From a virus (lineage: Duplodnaviria; Caudoviricetes), in IMG/VR virus record IMGVR_UViG_3300010352_001405, positions 64,001-128,000 of that record: DNA of 64,000 nucleotides. One strand, written 5' to 3'. Positions 21,330-31,208 of this stretch are shown piece by piece. Position 1 is the first letter of the stretch. Each line of letters starts with the position of its first letter. A program made the position numbers and the translations under genes. The notes below the pieces were generated by a model that saw nothing but the letters and a program-made list of their open reading frames with translations, made no database searches and was not told the origin of the DNA.

Positions 21330-24300
21330 TTATTCACATTTACTCCAATGACAATCTAAACAAGAAATACAACTTTCTTTATATACAAGATTGGTTGAAC
21401 CGCAATTTGGACAAATATTTTTGCCATTTCCCTTATCGTCTTTTATATATTTCTTCAACATTCTGATTATACCTTTTTTCCAAGTTCCCATAGTATCACC
21501 GTCCAAATTTAGAGATTCTATGATACCTACAACAGAAGGAAGATGAATATGATGTCTGAGTAAAGCACTAGTCATTTTACCAATATTCCAATATTCTCTA
21601 GCGAAAGATCTATTTAAACCTGTCATTATAACTTCGTATCCTTCTTTATCAATATAAATAAAGTCATATCTAGATACTAAAATTCCTTCTTTGTTTTTTA
21701 TTTTTTCCTTTCTTATTTGGCCTTTTTCTATCCACGCTGGAATGACAAATGATTCTGCTAGACCAGTGAAAATTTCATAGGGAGAATCTTTTAATATACC
21801 AATAAACCCAATCCATTTTTCACCCTTATTAGTGAATCTAATAACATCACATTCTAAAATTCTTGGTCTTTTTGGTGCATTATTTTCTTCAAATTCAGTT
21901 TTCTTTTCTTCTTTTTTAACAATAACGCCTTGTCTGGATCCATCTCTATATATTGTTATTCCTTTACATCCACTTTTCCATCCAGTTTCATATACTTTTG
22001 AAACTAATTCCTCAGTAATATTATGTGGTAAATTCACCGTAACTGAAATAGAATGATCTATCCATTTTTGAATTTGACCTTGCATATTCACTTTTTCTAC
22101 CCAATCAATATCATTTGATGTTGAATTGAAATAAGGTGATTGTTTAATTATTTCATTTAATTTTTCATCATTCATTTTAGAAACTTCATCAACATCAAAT
22201 CCTTTAATTTTTAACCATTCAACAAATTTGTGATGAAAAACCACATATTCTTCCCAATCAATACCTTCAGCATCGGTAAAATCTATTTTAACTTTATTAT
22301 CATTTTGATTTATTTTTCTACGTCTTTTATAAGCAATTAAATAAGCTGGTTCTATTCCCGATGTTGTTTGAGTTAATGTGCTTACAGATCCTGTTGGTGC
22401 TAAAGTCAATAATGATATATTTCTTCTACCATAATTTTTCAACATTTCAGATAATTCTTTATCTGCATCTTTTAATCTATTAATAAAAGGATTATTAATT
22501 TCTCTATTATAATCATATATTGGAAAAGTTCCTCTTTCTTTAGCAAGGTTACAAGACGATTTATAAGCATTTATAGACATAAATTTATGAATTTCTACAG
22601 AAATTTCTGTAGCTGATTTAGTGCCATAATGTTTATTTAAAGCAGCTAACATATCTCCCTCTCCAGTAGTACCAAATCCAGTTCTCCTACCTTGAATAGT
22701 TTTTTCTTTTATATCTAACCACAATTGTTTTTCCCTACCTTTAATATAATCTTCCTCGGGATCAGAATTAATTTTTTCTATTATTTTATATATTTTTTCG
22801 ATTTCTAAATCTATCATATCATCCATTAATCTTTGACCTATCCAAACATGTTTCTTAAATAAATCAAAATCAAAATAAGCTTTATCAGTAAATGGATTAA
22901 TAACATAAGAATATAAATTGAGAGCCAATAACCTACAGGAATCCTTGCTACAAAGGGGAATTTCTCCGCAATTTTCAGTTAAAACGTTGATTTTAAAGTA
23001 TTTATCCGTGATAAAATAAGTGTGAAAGTCGTCCACAGTTCCGTTATATACGTTTTCTATTCCATCTAATTCTACAGATAATACTTTATGATTAAAAAAT
23101 ACAGATTCTTCTTTAAGTTCATTATAAGAACTAAAACCATATTTAGTTTTTAATCTAAATGGAATTTCGTTTTCTTTGCATTCTTTTTCCCATTCTTTCA
23201 ATAATGGGATTCTTTTTAAGTTAAATTCTAAATCATTGTATATTTTTAATTGTTTTTGTTTAGTTTCATTTCCTTTTGCGTTATATGTATCATTTATTGT
23301 GTTTTTTCTTTTATTTCTTATATTATTATTTGTATTAATATAATTTAGAGAACAACCATGTGAACAGAAACTTATTTCTCTTTTTATATAATTAACCCAA
23401 AAATATTTACCGCAATTTTCACATGTTTTTTCTATCATCACACAATTTTCTCTAATTTCGGCATTATATCCATTATTTAAAGCTTTTTTATATGTTTCAA
23501 CTAATCTTGGATCATTGTTGATAAAATCAATTTCTAATTCAATAGCTACTAATTTGGCTAAAGATGTTACACTTTCAAAATTTCTAAATTTTGTAAAATA
23601 TTGTGGTAAATTATTTTTTCTAGCATAATTTATCCAATCTTTTTTGGAAAATCGTTTACCTAATTGTTTAGTTAAAATTATAGCATGATTTTTAATTTCT
23701 TCATCTAATATTCCACTATAATTCGGATTATTCTCTCCTGGATGAGATGCGAAATCCAATTTCCATTTATTTGACATACTATGATAAGAATTCAATTTTC
23801 CTAATTTATCAATTGTATGTAATTTATCATGTTTTTCTTTTGACATGATAACTAAATTTTCAGGATTATTATTCATGCCATTATAATCTTTATGATGAAC
23901 AACCAAATTTTCATTTAAATCAACATTTTTATTATAATATTGAGCGATCAATCTATGTTCTCCGATCGATTCACTACCATTCCTAAGTGTATAATAAGTA
24001 TTAGATTTTTTATATTTATTTTCATATTTAGTCATAATCTTCAAACTATCACCATATTTTAAATTTTTAGCCTCTACTCTATCATTATCTCTTAATACAA
24101 ATACATGATTTCCAGTAACTCTGTATGAAATACCTCCTTCGATTGTAACTTTATAAATTTGTTGATCATATCCAGTTATGCGAGGATTTCTCATTTTTCT
24201 AATAACTAATTTTCCTTCATTATCCATTGAGTAAACTGGAACATCTTTACCTTCTTCCGCTAATTGTTTTATACTGACAGCATTGCGTCCATCAGCTACA

Positions 24301-25235
24301 GCTATTAAAGTATCTCCAACAACACATGGATTTGTTGAAATAGTCTTAAAACCTTGATCAGCATAACAATCCGGAACTGATTCACCTATAACTGTGTCCC
24401 AAAATAAAACACCTGGCTCAGCCGATTTCCAAGCGTTGTGTATTATTTTTTTCCATAATTCACTGGGATTAATTTCTTTAGATACTCTTGGATTTTCAGA
24501 ATAAATAGGATATTTTTGAATATAATTTTTCTTATTTTCAATAGCCTTCATAAATTCATCATCTATTCTGACAGATATATTTGATCCAGTTATTTTACCA
24601 TCAATCATTTTAGCGTCAATAAAATCTTCACTATCAGGATGATTTATACTAATAGATAACATTAAAGCTCCTCTCCTACCATTTTGAGCCACTTCTTTAG
24701 TAGAATTAGAATATCTTTCCATAAAAGAAACTATACCAGTTGACGTTATAGCGGAATTTTTAACTGGAGATCCTTTAGGTCTTATATGAGATAAATCATG
24801 ACCTACTCCACCCCTTCTCTTCATTAATTGTATCTGTTGTTCGTCAGTTAAACAAATAGCACCATAACTATCAGATTCATTTCCAACAACATAACAATTA
24901 GATAAACTAACTATTTGTTTATTATTTCCTATTCCTGACATAGGACTTCCTTGTGGTATTATGTATTTAAATTTATCTAATGTTTCGAATATCTCTTTTT
25001 CTGTTAATGGATTTTCATATTTATTTTCAATTCTAGCAAATTCTGATGCTAATCTATTGTGCATATCTGTTGGATCTTTCTCATAATATATAATATTATC
25101 ATCTATAATATCTTTCAAACAATATTTATTAATCCAAACATCTGTTGATAATTTATCACCATCAAAATATTTTATAGTAGATTCATAAACTTCATTTTTA
25201 GAATATAATTTCTTAGTAAATTGATCGCTTCCCAT
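21330..25235 (-). CDS. nrdJ: Class II (B12-dependent) ribonucleotide reductase with intein
   Basis: SLSNC, RRGGVG, VAQNGRRGALM, NP|C..|CGEIPL, APTGSVS, GCKGITIYRDGSR, C-terminal Zn ribbon. Confidence 0.95.
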   Translation of the reverse strand: MGSDQFTKKLYSKNEVYESTIKYFDGDKLSTDVWINKYCLKDIIDDNIIYYEKDPTDMHNRLASEFARIENKYENPLTEKEIFETLDKFKYIIPQGSPMSGIGNNKQIVSLSNCYVVGNESDSYGAICLTDEQQIQLMKRRGGVGHDLSHIRPKGSPVKNSAITSTGIVSFMERYSNSTKEVAQNGRRGALMLSISINHPDSEDFIDAKMIDGKITGSNISVRIDDEFMKAIENKKNYIQKYPIYSENPRVSKEINPSELWKKIIHNAWKSAEPGVLFWDTVIGESVPDCYADQGFKTISTNPCVVGDTLIAVADGRNAVSIKQLAEEGKDVPVYSMDNEGKLVIRKMRNPRITGYDQQIYKVTIEGGISYRVTGNHVFVLRDNDRVEAKNLKYGDSLKIMTKYENKYKKSNTYYTLRNGSESIGEHRLIAQYYNKNVDLNENLVVHHKDYNGMNNNPENLVIMSKEKHDKLHTIDKLGKLNSYHSMSNKWKLDFASHPGENNPNYSGILDEEIKNHAIILTKQLGKRFSKKDWINYARKNNLPQYFTKFRNFESVTSLAKLVAIELEIDFINNDPRLVETYKKALNNGYNAEIRENCVMIEKTCENCGKYFWVNYIKREISFCSHGCSLNYINTNNNIRNKRKNTINDTYNAKGNETKQKQLKIYNDLEFNLKRIPLLKEWEKECKENEIPFRLKTKYGFSSYNELKEESVFFNHKVLSVELDGIENVYNGTVDDFHTYFITDKYFKINVLTENCGEIPLCSKDSCRLLALNLYSYVINPFTDKAYFDFDLFKKHVWIGQRLMDDMIDLEIEKIYKIIEKINSDPEEDYIKGREKQLWLDIKEKTIQGRRTGFGTTGEGDMLAALNKHYGTKSATEISVEIHKFMSINAYKSSCNLAKERGTFPIYDYNREINNPFINRLKDADKELSEMLKNYGRRNISLLTLAPTGSVSTLTQTTSGIEPAYLIAYKRRRKINQNDNKVKIDFTDAEGIDWEEYVVFHHKFVEWLKIKGFDVDEVSKMNDEKLNEIIKQSPYFNSTSNDIDWVEKVNMQGQIQKWIDHSISVTVNLPHNITEELVSKVYETGWKSGCKGITIYRDGSRQGVIVKKEEKKTEFEENNAPKRPRILECDVIRFTNKGEKWIGFIGILKDSPYEIFTGLAESFVIPAWIEKGQIRKEKIKNKEGILVSRYDFIYIDKEGYEVIMTGLNRSFAREYWNIGKMTSALLRHHIHLPSVVGIIESLNLDGDTMGTWKKGIIRMLKKYIKDDKGNGKNICPNCGSTNLVYKESCISCLDCHWSKCE
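22971..24326 (-). mobile_element. Contiguous 452-aa intein with HNH-type endonuclease
   Basis: STNP|CVVGDT...VTGNH...VHHKDYNGMNN.PENL...VYNGTVDDFHTY...TEN|CGE. Confidence 0.9.
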
Positions 25236-25287
25236 ATTGTTAATTTATTTTTTATTTTTATTGATTAAATGACATATAGTTTAAAAA

Positions 25288-26370
25288 TTATTTAAAATTC
25301 ATGTCATTAATATACTTATTTAATTTATTTATAACATCATCTTTATAATTAATTCTTAATAATTTTAATGAATTTTTTTCACAAAATTCATTTTTTATAA
25401 TATCATGTTTTTTTATAATATCGAATTGTTTTTCACCACCCCATCTATCAACTGATTCAAAGTGTTGTATACCATCATATTCTATGCAAATATTATAATC
25501 CGATAAATAAAAGTCAAATGGTAATTTTTTAGTGTCCTTACAATCATCAAATTTTTTTTGTCTAATAAAATTAATATTTTTATTTCTTAAATATTCAACT
25601 ATTTTTTTCTCCCCGCTACTTTCATTACAAAAAATACATCCATGACCATCTAAATGATTATTTAAAGTCTGAAAAAATTCACCATGCTTATTACATATAA
25701 CTCTTATTTTATTAGATGTTCTATCAAAATTTTCAGTATCATATTCGTATTTATTATCATGCAAATTATTTAATTTTTCAATAATATCGAAATAATTTTT
25801 TTTACTATTCGGAGAACATTTATAACATCCCTTACCTTGTAAATGATTAACTGGTGTCTGCTCGAAAATACCATGAACTGGACATACTATTTTTACTTTA
25901 GTATGCATACTAATATATTCAACCAAATCATAATTATATAAATCATTATGAACCATTTTAAATTTATTAATTATAACTTCTTTATCATTCCTCTTCTTAT
26001 CAAAAAAACATTTCTTACAACCATGCCTAATATGATTATGTGGAGTTTGCTCGAAAACACCATGAATTGGACATATTATTTTTATCTTAGTGTGCATATT
26101 AATATATTCAACTAAAGAATAATCATAATAATTATCATGAATATTATTAAATCTTTTTATAAAATCATCAATTGACATATTTTTATTAGCACATTTAGGA
26201 CACCCACTTTTTAAATGAATATGATTAGCAGGTTGTTGTTCAAAAATTCCATGAACTGGACATATTATCTTTACCTTAGTCTTATTGTTAATATAATTTA
26301 CTAAAGAATAATCATATCTATCTTTATGAATTAAAATAGATTTATTTATGAAATTTTCATTTTTATCCAT
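25288..26370 (-). CDS. Putative homing endonuclease (Zn-binding repeats plus PD-(D/E)XK domain)
   Basis: YDYSLVxY..KIICPxHG..GCxxC repeats; LPFDFY..CIEYDGIQH. Confidence 0.75.
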   Translation of the reverse strand: MDKNENFINKSILIHKDRYDYSLVNYINNKTKVKIICPVHGIFEQQPANHIHLKSGCPKCANKNMSIDDFIKRFNNIHDNYYDYSLVEYINMHTKIKIICPIHGVFEQTPHNHIRHGCKKCFFDKKRNDKEVIINKFKMVHNDLYNYDLVEYISMHTKVKIVCPVHGIFEQTPVNHLQGKGCYKCSPNSKKNYFDIIEKLNNLHDNKYEYDTENFDRTSNKIRVICNKHGEFFQTLNNHLDGHGCIFCNESSGEKKIVEYLRNKNINFIRQKKFDDCKDTKKLPFDFYLSDYNICIEYDGIQHFESVDRWGGEKQFDIIKKHDIIKNEFCEKNSLKLLRINYKDDVINKLNKYINDMNFK

Positions 26371-26374
26371 ATAT

Positions 26375-27094
26375 TTATTTAAAATCCATGTCATCTAAAA
26401 TATTTAAATACCCCTTATCTTTTAATTCTCTAAGTATAGACGTGGCATATTTTTTATCTAATAGTTTAAACATATTAAAAATATTGTCGGTGAAATAATA
26501 GCTGAGTTCAACAAATATTTCAGACTTGGAATATTGTTTATCCATATTTATCAATAACATTTTGTAATAATTATTGAATATGGCTTTATTTGGTTTTCTT
26601 CTATTGACGCTAAAATCTAAATCTGTATTATTTTTTAATAAATTATATATATCTTCAGATAATTTTCTTCTGCTAGCGATTTCATCACCTCTTCTACTTT
26701 CTTCATCGAAAATACTTCCTTTTTCTATTGGAATATCACCCGAATCATAAGCATCTAATTCATTTATTCCATAATTGATATAATAAGAATTATCTTCTAA
26801 TTCTACTTTGTTTAATTTTCCATTAAAAATTGTGTCTCTTTTTAAACTATGTTTTCCTTCTAACTTATGATTGTTTGTATTATATTTAAAATAAACATCC
26901 AAATCACTTTCTGATTCATCATTATTGACAGTATTATCTATTGTAATATCTGTATCTTCTATAATATCTGTATCTTCTATAATATCTTTGGCAAAATCGT
27001 CATTTAATTCTTCTTGTATTAATAAATCTTCTTCTAATATTTCAATTTTTATTTCATCTTCTTCATTTATATTATCAGATTCTATTTCAATCAT
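26375..27094 (-). CDS. Hypothetical protein with acidic N-terminus
   Basis: 239-aa ORF. Confidence 0.55.
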   Translation of the reverse strand: MIEIESDNINEEDEIKIEILEEDLLIQEELNDDFAKDIIEDTDIIEDTDITIDNTVNNDESESDLDVYFKYNTNNHKLEGKHSLKRDTIFNGKLNKVELEDNSYYINYGINELDAYDSGDIPIEKGSIFDEESRRGDEIASRRKLSEDIYNLLKNNTDLDFSVNRRKPNKAIFNNYYKMLLINMDKQYSKSEIFVELSYYFTDNIFNMFKLLDKKYATSILRELKDKGYLNILDDMDFK

Positions 27095-27240
27095 ATTTAA
27101 AATATTATTTTTTACATCGCAAGATATATCTATTGTGGATATATATGCTAATCCGCATTATAGGTTTAAATAATTTTTTGTAATTTATAGGAAGGTCATA
27201 ATCTTTTTTATATATAAATAATAAAATACAAAAATTTATT

Positions 27241-27765
27241 ATGTCATCAAAAGATAAAAAAATAGAAACTAATATAATAACAACAGAAAAAGTCAATCAA
27301 ATAATGGAAAAAGAGAAACACGCTCTTCCATTAAAATTACACGAAAGACTTTGGTTTAGAGGTAAAGATAATTTTGGTATAAGAAAGCAGGGTATTAAAT
27401 TCGCATCAACTCAAGAAGAAATAGAAGAATATATTAAATGTAAATTATCAGTTTATTATTTTGCTGAAAAATATTGTAAAATTAAATTAGAAGACGGTTC
27501 TGTTGGTCAAATGAAACTCAGAGATTATCAAAAAGATATTATTAAACTATATACCGAAAATCGATTCAGTATATTAATGGCTAGCCGGCAAGTAGGTAAA
27601 TGTATTGATTTTAATACCAGAATATTATGCAAGGACGAACTAACGGAAAATACATTTTATATTTCTATTGGAAGACTTTATTATGATATATTATCAGAAA
27701 AACGTAAATTAAACATCTACGAAAAAATTAAACTTTTTCTATATAAAATTTTAGAAAAAATTTAA
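27241..27765 (+). CDS. terL: Terminase large subunit (T4 gp17-like) N-extein plus 54-aa IntN
   Basis: EYIKC..YFAEKY, LRDYQ, ASRQVGK|CIDFNT...stop. IntN is 27601..27762. Confidence 0.85.
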   Translation: MSSKDKKIETNIITTEKVNQIMEKEKHALPLKLHERLWFRGKDNFGIRKQGIKFASTQEEIEEYIKCKLSVYYFAEKYCKIKLEDGSVGQMKLRDYQKDIIKLYTENRFSILMASRQVGKCIDFNTRILCKDELTENTFYISIGRLYYDILSEKRKLNIYEKIKLFLYKILEKI

Positions 27766-27842
27766 ATACATTTACATTTATGTCATAAAGCCGTTTAAAC
27801 TTTTTCATATAATTTGTATATAAATAATAAAAAATACGAATT

Positions 27843-28805
27843 ATGGAAAATTTAATTACATGTAAAGTTTGTGGCAAACAATCGACGAGAATCTATGGAG
27901 CTCATTTAAAAAAACACGGTTTAACGTCTGAAGAATATTTAAAATTGTATCCTGGCTCTCCTCTTTACACTGAATCAGATAATAAACAAACCACGAAAAA
28001 TTCGGGAAAACATATGAAACAAGAAAAATATAGAAAGATGTTTTCTGAAAAAATCAGAGGCGAAAATAATCCAAATAGCAAAGCAAAAACCACAGAAGAA
28101 GAAAGAAAAAGTAGAAGTCCTTTCTCAAAAAATTTTATAAAATATAAAAATGAAAATGAAGTTTTGAATTTTTCGATGAAAGTTCAAAAAGAAATTACAC
28201 CAGAAAAAAGACCAAATAGAATAGAATATTGGTTAAATAAAGGATATTCTTATGTAGAAGCTGAAAAACAATTAACAAATAGACAAAAAACATTTTCATT
28301 GAAAAAATGTATAGAAAAATACGGAGAAGAAAAAGGTAGAGAAATATTCAGTGATAGACAAAAAAAATGGCAAAAAAGCTTAAATGAAAATGGTAATTTA
28401 AAACATGGATTTTCAAGATCTTCTCAAATCTTATTTTACGATATTTTAGAAAAATATGATTTGAAAGATCATAGACATATATTTTTTGCTACTAAAAATA
28501 AAGAATTCAATTTACCAAAAAAAGAAGGCGGAATATGGATTTATGATTATACAGATATTAAAAATAAAAAAATGATAGAATATAATGGAGATGAATATCA
28601 CGCAAATCCAAAATATTTTGAAAAAAATGATATATCACATCCGTTCAGAAAACAATATACAGCTGAACAAATATGGGAAAAAGATAAAAGGAAATTAAAT
28701 GTAGCTGAGGAAAATGGATATTCTATGCATGTAGTATGGGATTCTGAATATCGCAGTCATCCAGATAAAATTCTTCAAGAATGTCTTGATTTTCTAAATG
28801 TTTAG
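27843..28805 (+). CDS. Vsr-like free-standing homing endonuclease
   Basis: CKVC..H, YWLNKGYS, TFSLKKCIEKYG, YDY..MIEYNGDEYHANP..GY...VWD. Confidence 0.8.
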   Translation: MENLITCKVCGKQSTRIYGAHLKKHGLTSEEYLKLYPGSPLYTESDNKQTTKNSGKHMKQEKYRKMFSEKIRGENNPNSKAKTTEEERKSRSPFSKNFIKYKNENEVLNFSMKVQKEITPEKRPNRIEYWLNKGYSYVEAEKQLTNRQKTFSLKKCIEKYGEEKGREIFSDRQKKWQKSLNENGNLKHGFSRSSQILFYDILEKYDLKDHRHIFFATKNKEFNLPKKEGGIWIYDYTDIKNKKMIEYNGDEYHANPKYFEKNDISHPFRKQYTAEQIWEKDKRKLNVAEENGYSMHVVWDSEYRSHPDKILQECLDFLNV

Positions 28806-28853
28806 ATATTGTAAAACGATAGAATTTATTAGATCACAGTGACAATACCAAAC

Positions 28854-29204
28854 TCAACGCGGTATAGAAATTTTTAAGTAGCCACAGAATCCACTTTCGG
28901 AACGATAATGATCAAATCCCTTTTTTTCATAATAATATTTAATCATATCGATTAGATGTACATTATGTCCGCCTCGAGTATTAAAATCATCGGCATATAA
29001 TGTAACACTATCTGATGATTCAAATTTTTTATTTATTTTTCTTATCAATTTCGGTAATCTCTCCTTAGCTTCTTTTAATAATTTTTCTTCTCTCATTTTA
29101 GATTCAGATTCTTTTCTATTCTTTAATTCATCAAGATCGATATCATTATATTGTCTTTTTTTAACGAAATTCAGCCATTCGTTCATGCTTTTTAAATTTT
29201 CCAT
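28854..29204 (-). CDS. Hypothetical protein with CTS-like leader
   Basis: MENLKSMNEW. Confidence 0.55.
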   Translation of the reverse strand: MENLKSMNEWLNFVKKRQYNDIDLDELKNRKESESKMREEKLLKEAKERLPKLIRKINKKFESSDSVTLYADDFNTRGGHNVHLIDMIKYYYEKKGFDHYRSESGFCGYLKISIPR

Positions 29205-29255
29205 GTTTTCTTTTTTTTTTTAATATATACAATAAAAAAAAAGAAAATACAGATT

Positions 29256-29633
29256 ATGAAACACGTCAAACTATATGAAGAATATGGGTTAGTTAATAAA
29301 ATTAAAAGAAAATTATTCCCAGAAGAAATTAATGATGTTATCGATGAAATTGAAAATGATCCAAAAATTTCTAAATTGATTTATGGTCCTACTAAAGAAG
29401 ATAAATACGGAATATCTGAAGTGTGTATTGGTTATAAAATCGGAAACGATAAAGCAATAACTCTATCTGGATTTTCTAGTAATTGTCACATTAAACTATG
29501 GAAATTACCTATAGGATCTGATGGAAAAATTTTAGGGATATATTATATAGATGAAGATACAAATAGAAGGATTGGAAATTCTTTACGTGAATTAGTTAGA
29601 AAATTTAAAAGTGGAACAAGATATCAAAATTAA
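29256..29633 (+). CDS. Hypothetical protein with CTS-like leader
   Basis: MKHVKLYEEY; TAATATATA upstream. Confidence 0.6.
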   Translation: MKHVKLYEEYGLVNKIKRKLFPEEINDVIDEIENDPKISKLIYGPTKEDKYGISEVCIGYKIGNDKAITLSGFSSNCHIKLWKLPIGSDGKILGIYYIDEDTNRRIGNSLRELVRKFKSGTRYQN

Positions 29634-29649
29634 ATAAAAAAATTTTCAT

Positions 29650-29688
29650 CGTAAAAAAAACCTACCCGATGAGTAGGTTTTTTTTACG
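29650..29688. terminator. Bidirectional terminator
   Basis: cgtaaaaaaaacctac...gtaggttttttttacg. Confidence 0.7.
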
Positions 29689-29736
29689 ATCAAGACAAGA
29701 GTTCCAGAAAAACCCTCTTCCGAGGGGTGAAAAAAT

Positions 29737-30750
29737 TTATTTATCATCATCAAAATCGAAAAAATCATCGATTGATTCGTCTTCGATGACATCGTTTGAT
29801 GGAAGTTTAGTACTAGCCTTTTTAATTGAATCTTCAGCGTAATTAAATGGTTTGTTACCATTAAGTAACTGGATGATTTTATCAACATTACTTCTTTTTT
29901 CATCAGACCATCCTTCCATAGATGGAGCGTGATCTTCCAAATTAACATTAGCTGGTCGAGATGTAACAACTTCTTTAATTTTATTTTGCCATTTTTTATC
30001 TACAATAGAAAATTTACCGTTTTCTTCAACAACAGGAGGTGTAATAAATTTATTAGTTTTATCATTCCAAATTTTAATTGGAGAATTTGTTAAGAATTGA
30101 CTGGTATCATAATTTGGCATTTCAACTGTTCCTCTACCGTCGGGTGATGGAGTTTTTACCAATTTTATAATCAATCTAAAATCTTTTCCATTCACGAAAT
30201 CGAAAATGTTACATTTTTCTCCAACATCTCCATTAATCTCAGCATTAATTTTCTGTTTAATCTTTGGACCATAAGGATAAACTAAAATTTTACCGACCAA
30301 TTCAGGATGTTGTTCATCTTCAATAATCATCACATAAGAATAAAATTTAGTACTTCTTTTTATTCTCTTTGAATTTTCAACATCTGCTTGATTATTAGAT
30401 TTGTAAAGTTTCCAAAAAGTTGCACATAAAGGACATGGTGTTTGTTGTGAAATATTCTTTTCACAATCATAATATCCAGCTAATTCAGGATAATCTTTAA
30501 AATCTGCATAATGTACATGTTTTTGAATAGCTGCTGGGCCTGTTCCCGAACCATCACGGTTAACATTTCTAATAAATCTAATAGTTGATCTGTAACCAAC
30601 GCCCTTTGGATCTGCTGCGTCTTCTAATTTTGGACGATATATACCGTCTTGGTTTTTGCTTTCTTTATTTAAAAAAGCCAATTCTTCATTTTGAACTTCA
30701 TCATTCGATTCAAATAAGAAATTTTCATCTTTGTCTTTGTATTCTGCCAT
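29737..30750 (-). CDS. Single-stranded DNA-binding protein (T4 gp32-like)
   Basis: IRFI, H..C..CPLC zinc site, YSYVMIIED..PELVGKILVY, GKDFRL, NYDTS.F, acidic C-tail. Confidence 0.8.
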   Translation of the reverse strand: MAEYKDKDENFLFESNDEVQNEELAFLNKESKNQDGIYRPKLEDAADPKGVGYRSTIRFIRNVNRDGSGTGPAAIQKHVHYADFKDYPELAGYYDCEKNISQQTPCPLCATFWKLYKSNNQADVENSKRIKRSTKFYSYVMIIEDEQHPELVGKILVYPYGPKIKQKINAEINGDVGEKCNIFDFVNGKDFRLIIKLVKTPSPDGRGTVEMPNYDTSQFLTNSPIKIWNDKTNKFITPPVVEENGKFSIVDKKWQNKIKEVVTSRPANVNLEDHAPSMEGWSDEKRSNVDKIIQLLNGNKPFNYAEDSIKKASTKLPSNDVIEDESIDDFFDFDDDK

Positions 30751-30890
30751 AAAGCCTACGATTTTTTTTTGATGATAGCTATTGCCGTCATTTTCATTTA
30801 ATTGCCTAAAAAGCCTTTTAATATATAATATATATTATTAATTAAAAATAGTTTTAAAAAATAACATATTTAATTATATTAAAATTTAAT

Positions 30891-31208
30891 TTATATTTTC
30901 AATCCTTCATTCATCATTAATTGTTTAAAATTTTCTATTTTTTCATTATCATCAATTTCTTCATATGATACTTTCAATATAGCATTAAATAATCTTTTAA
31001 TATATTCTTCTTTTGTTAATTCTTTTTGACCGTCAATTCCGTCAAAATTATTTAAAATTTTAATATAAAATTCATCGAATGATAATCTATCATTATAATT
31101 TTCATTTAAAGATTTAATAAGAATATTAAAATCTTGATATAATTTTTTATATAATTCAAAATCATCTACTATATTTTCACTTAATATTTCCCTGATTGTT
31201 TTGTTCAT
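30891..31208 (-). CDS. Hypothetical protein
   Basis: ORF in an operon with overlapping start and stop codons. Confidence 0.55.
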   Translation of the reverse strand: MNKTIREILSENIVDDFELYKKLYQDFNILIKSLNENYNDRLSFDEFYIKILNNFDGIDGQKELTKEEYIKRLFNAILKVSYEEIDDNEKIENFKQLMMNEGLKI

